Shown here: in pieces, positions 63,336 through 64,000 of the stretch
How the letters are laid out: each line of letters starts with the position of its first letter
Position numbering within the stretch: position 1 is the first letter of the stretch
DNA from: Schmidtea polychroa
Taxonomy: Eukaryota
Direction: 5' to 3'
Assembly: GCA_044892525.1 (NCBI GenBank)
Contig: CM097885.1
Coordinates: 10,604,001-10,668,000, forward strand
Length of the DNA: 64,000 nt
Made by a program: the position numbers and the translations under genes
The notes under the pieces: generated by a model
What the model was told of the DNA's origin: nothing
Database searches by the model: none
What the model saw: only the letters and a program-made list of their open reading frames with translations

Positions 63336-64000
63336 TTAGAAATCTGTTTTCTGTAATTCATTATTGTAAAATCTACCCAATATTTTTTCATTATTTAAAT
63401 CAATGATGCTATATGTTATTGGAGTTGTATGATGTATTTTATTTATAATAAAAATTTCATTTGTCCATTTTGCTGTGAATCCTTTTTCAAATTTATTTTT
63501 ATATTTAAATATTCTTACGCGGTCACCAATTTTAAACTTTGGTTTTATAGGGGTTGTATCAACAATAACATCATTTTCAATATTTACCACTTTAATGGTT
63601 TCAGGATTCAAGGAAGCATTTAAGGGTGTTAATTTTATAGAACTATGTACATCATTATTATATTCATTTACAATCTTTTGTAACAATTCATTGTTCCATT
63701 TTTGTTTTCCAATAGCAGTAAAATATTTCCACATTTTATTTTTTAATGTTCTATTTAATCTTTCAACCACAACTGCTTTTCCTTCGTTTTCTGTTGAATA
63801 TAATTTAATATCATTTTCATTTAAAAACTTTGTAAAAACTTTGTTATAAAATTCTGTTCCTTTATCACACCATAAATATTTTGGAATTCTTAGATGTTGT
63901 TCAAATATATTTTCAAATGCTTCTGTAATAGAATATCCTGTTTTATTTTCTAAACATCTTGCAAAAGCAAATCTTGTATATAAATCTATTACTGTTAAAA
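63336..64000 (-). CDS. Polinton retroviral-like (rve) integrase, 5' part outside the window
   Basis: Frame open from 63998: LTVIDLYTRFAF..., WCDKGTEF, VERLNRTLK, YNNDVHSSI, FKIGDRVRI, FYNNELQK. Confidence 0.93.
   Translation of the reverse strand, partial: LTVIDLYTRFAFARCLENKTGYSITEAFENIFEQHLRIPKYLWCDKGTEFYNKVFTKFLNENDIKLYSTENEGKAVVVERLNRTLKNKMWKYFTAIGKQKWNNELLQKIVNEYNNDVHSSIKLTPLNASLNPETIKVVNIENDVIVDTTPIKPKFKIGDRVRIFKYKNKFEKGFTAKWTNEIFIINKIHHTTPITYSIIDLNNEKILGRFYNNELQKTDF

Larger units (their letters stand above)
50967..64000. mobile_element. Polinton/Maverick (adintovirus-like endogenous virus), left part; continues beyond the window
   Basis: AGTAGT terminus; densely packed intronless pPolB, penton, protease, ATPase and integrase genes. 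Confidence 0.95.

Overview
AT-rich eukaryotic DNA with short GT-AG introns and long (ATT)n tracts. The host looks like an invertebrate, plausibly a planarian flatworm, but that is inference. Host genes: a netrin on the minus strand (three exons seen; the C-terminal exons were not found), a complete 6-exon eIF3b (minus, 664 aa), and a divergent intronless class-A-like GPCR (plus). Most of the remainder is mobile DNA. It includes a compact Mag-type Ty3/Gypsy element with 100-bp LTRs, a full-length decayed hAT (Buster/SPIN-like) element, several hAT MITEs and remnants, and four ~650-770-bp solo LTRs. A 4.1-kb TG...CA unit with a perfect 4-bp TSD looks like a giant solo LTR carrying an ORF, and there is a Penelope-type minimal hammerhead motif. 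From 50967 to the window end lies the left ~13 kb of a Polinton/Maverick (adintovirus-like endogenous virus). It encodes pPolB, a fiber-like protein, penton, adenain protease, core/pX-like proteins, a packaging ATPase and an integrase; the major capsid gene is not in the window. The pPolB is split by a hAT MITE inserted exactly in its DTDS catalytic motif. The Polinton terminus has an unusual internal inverted copy of its AGTAGT end. All calls come from manual reading; no database searches were run.
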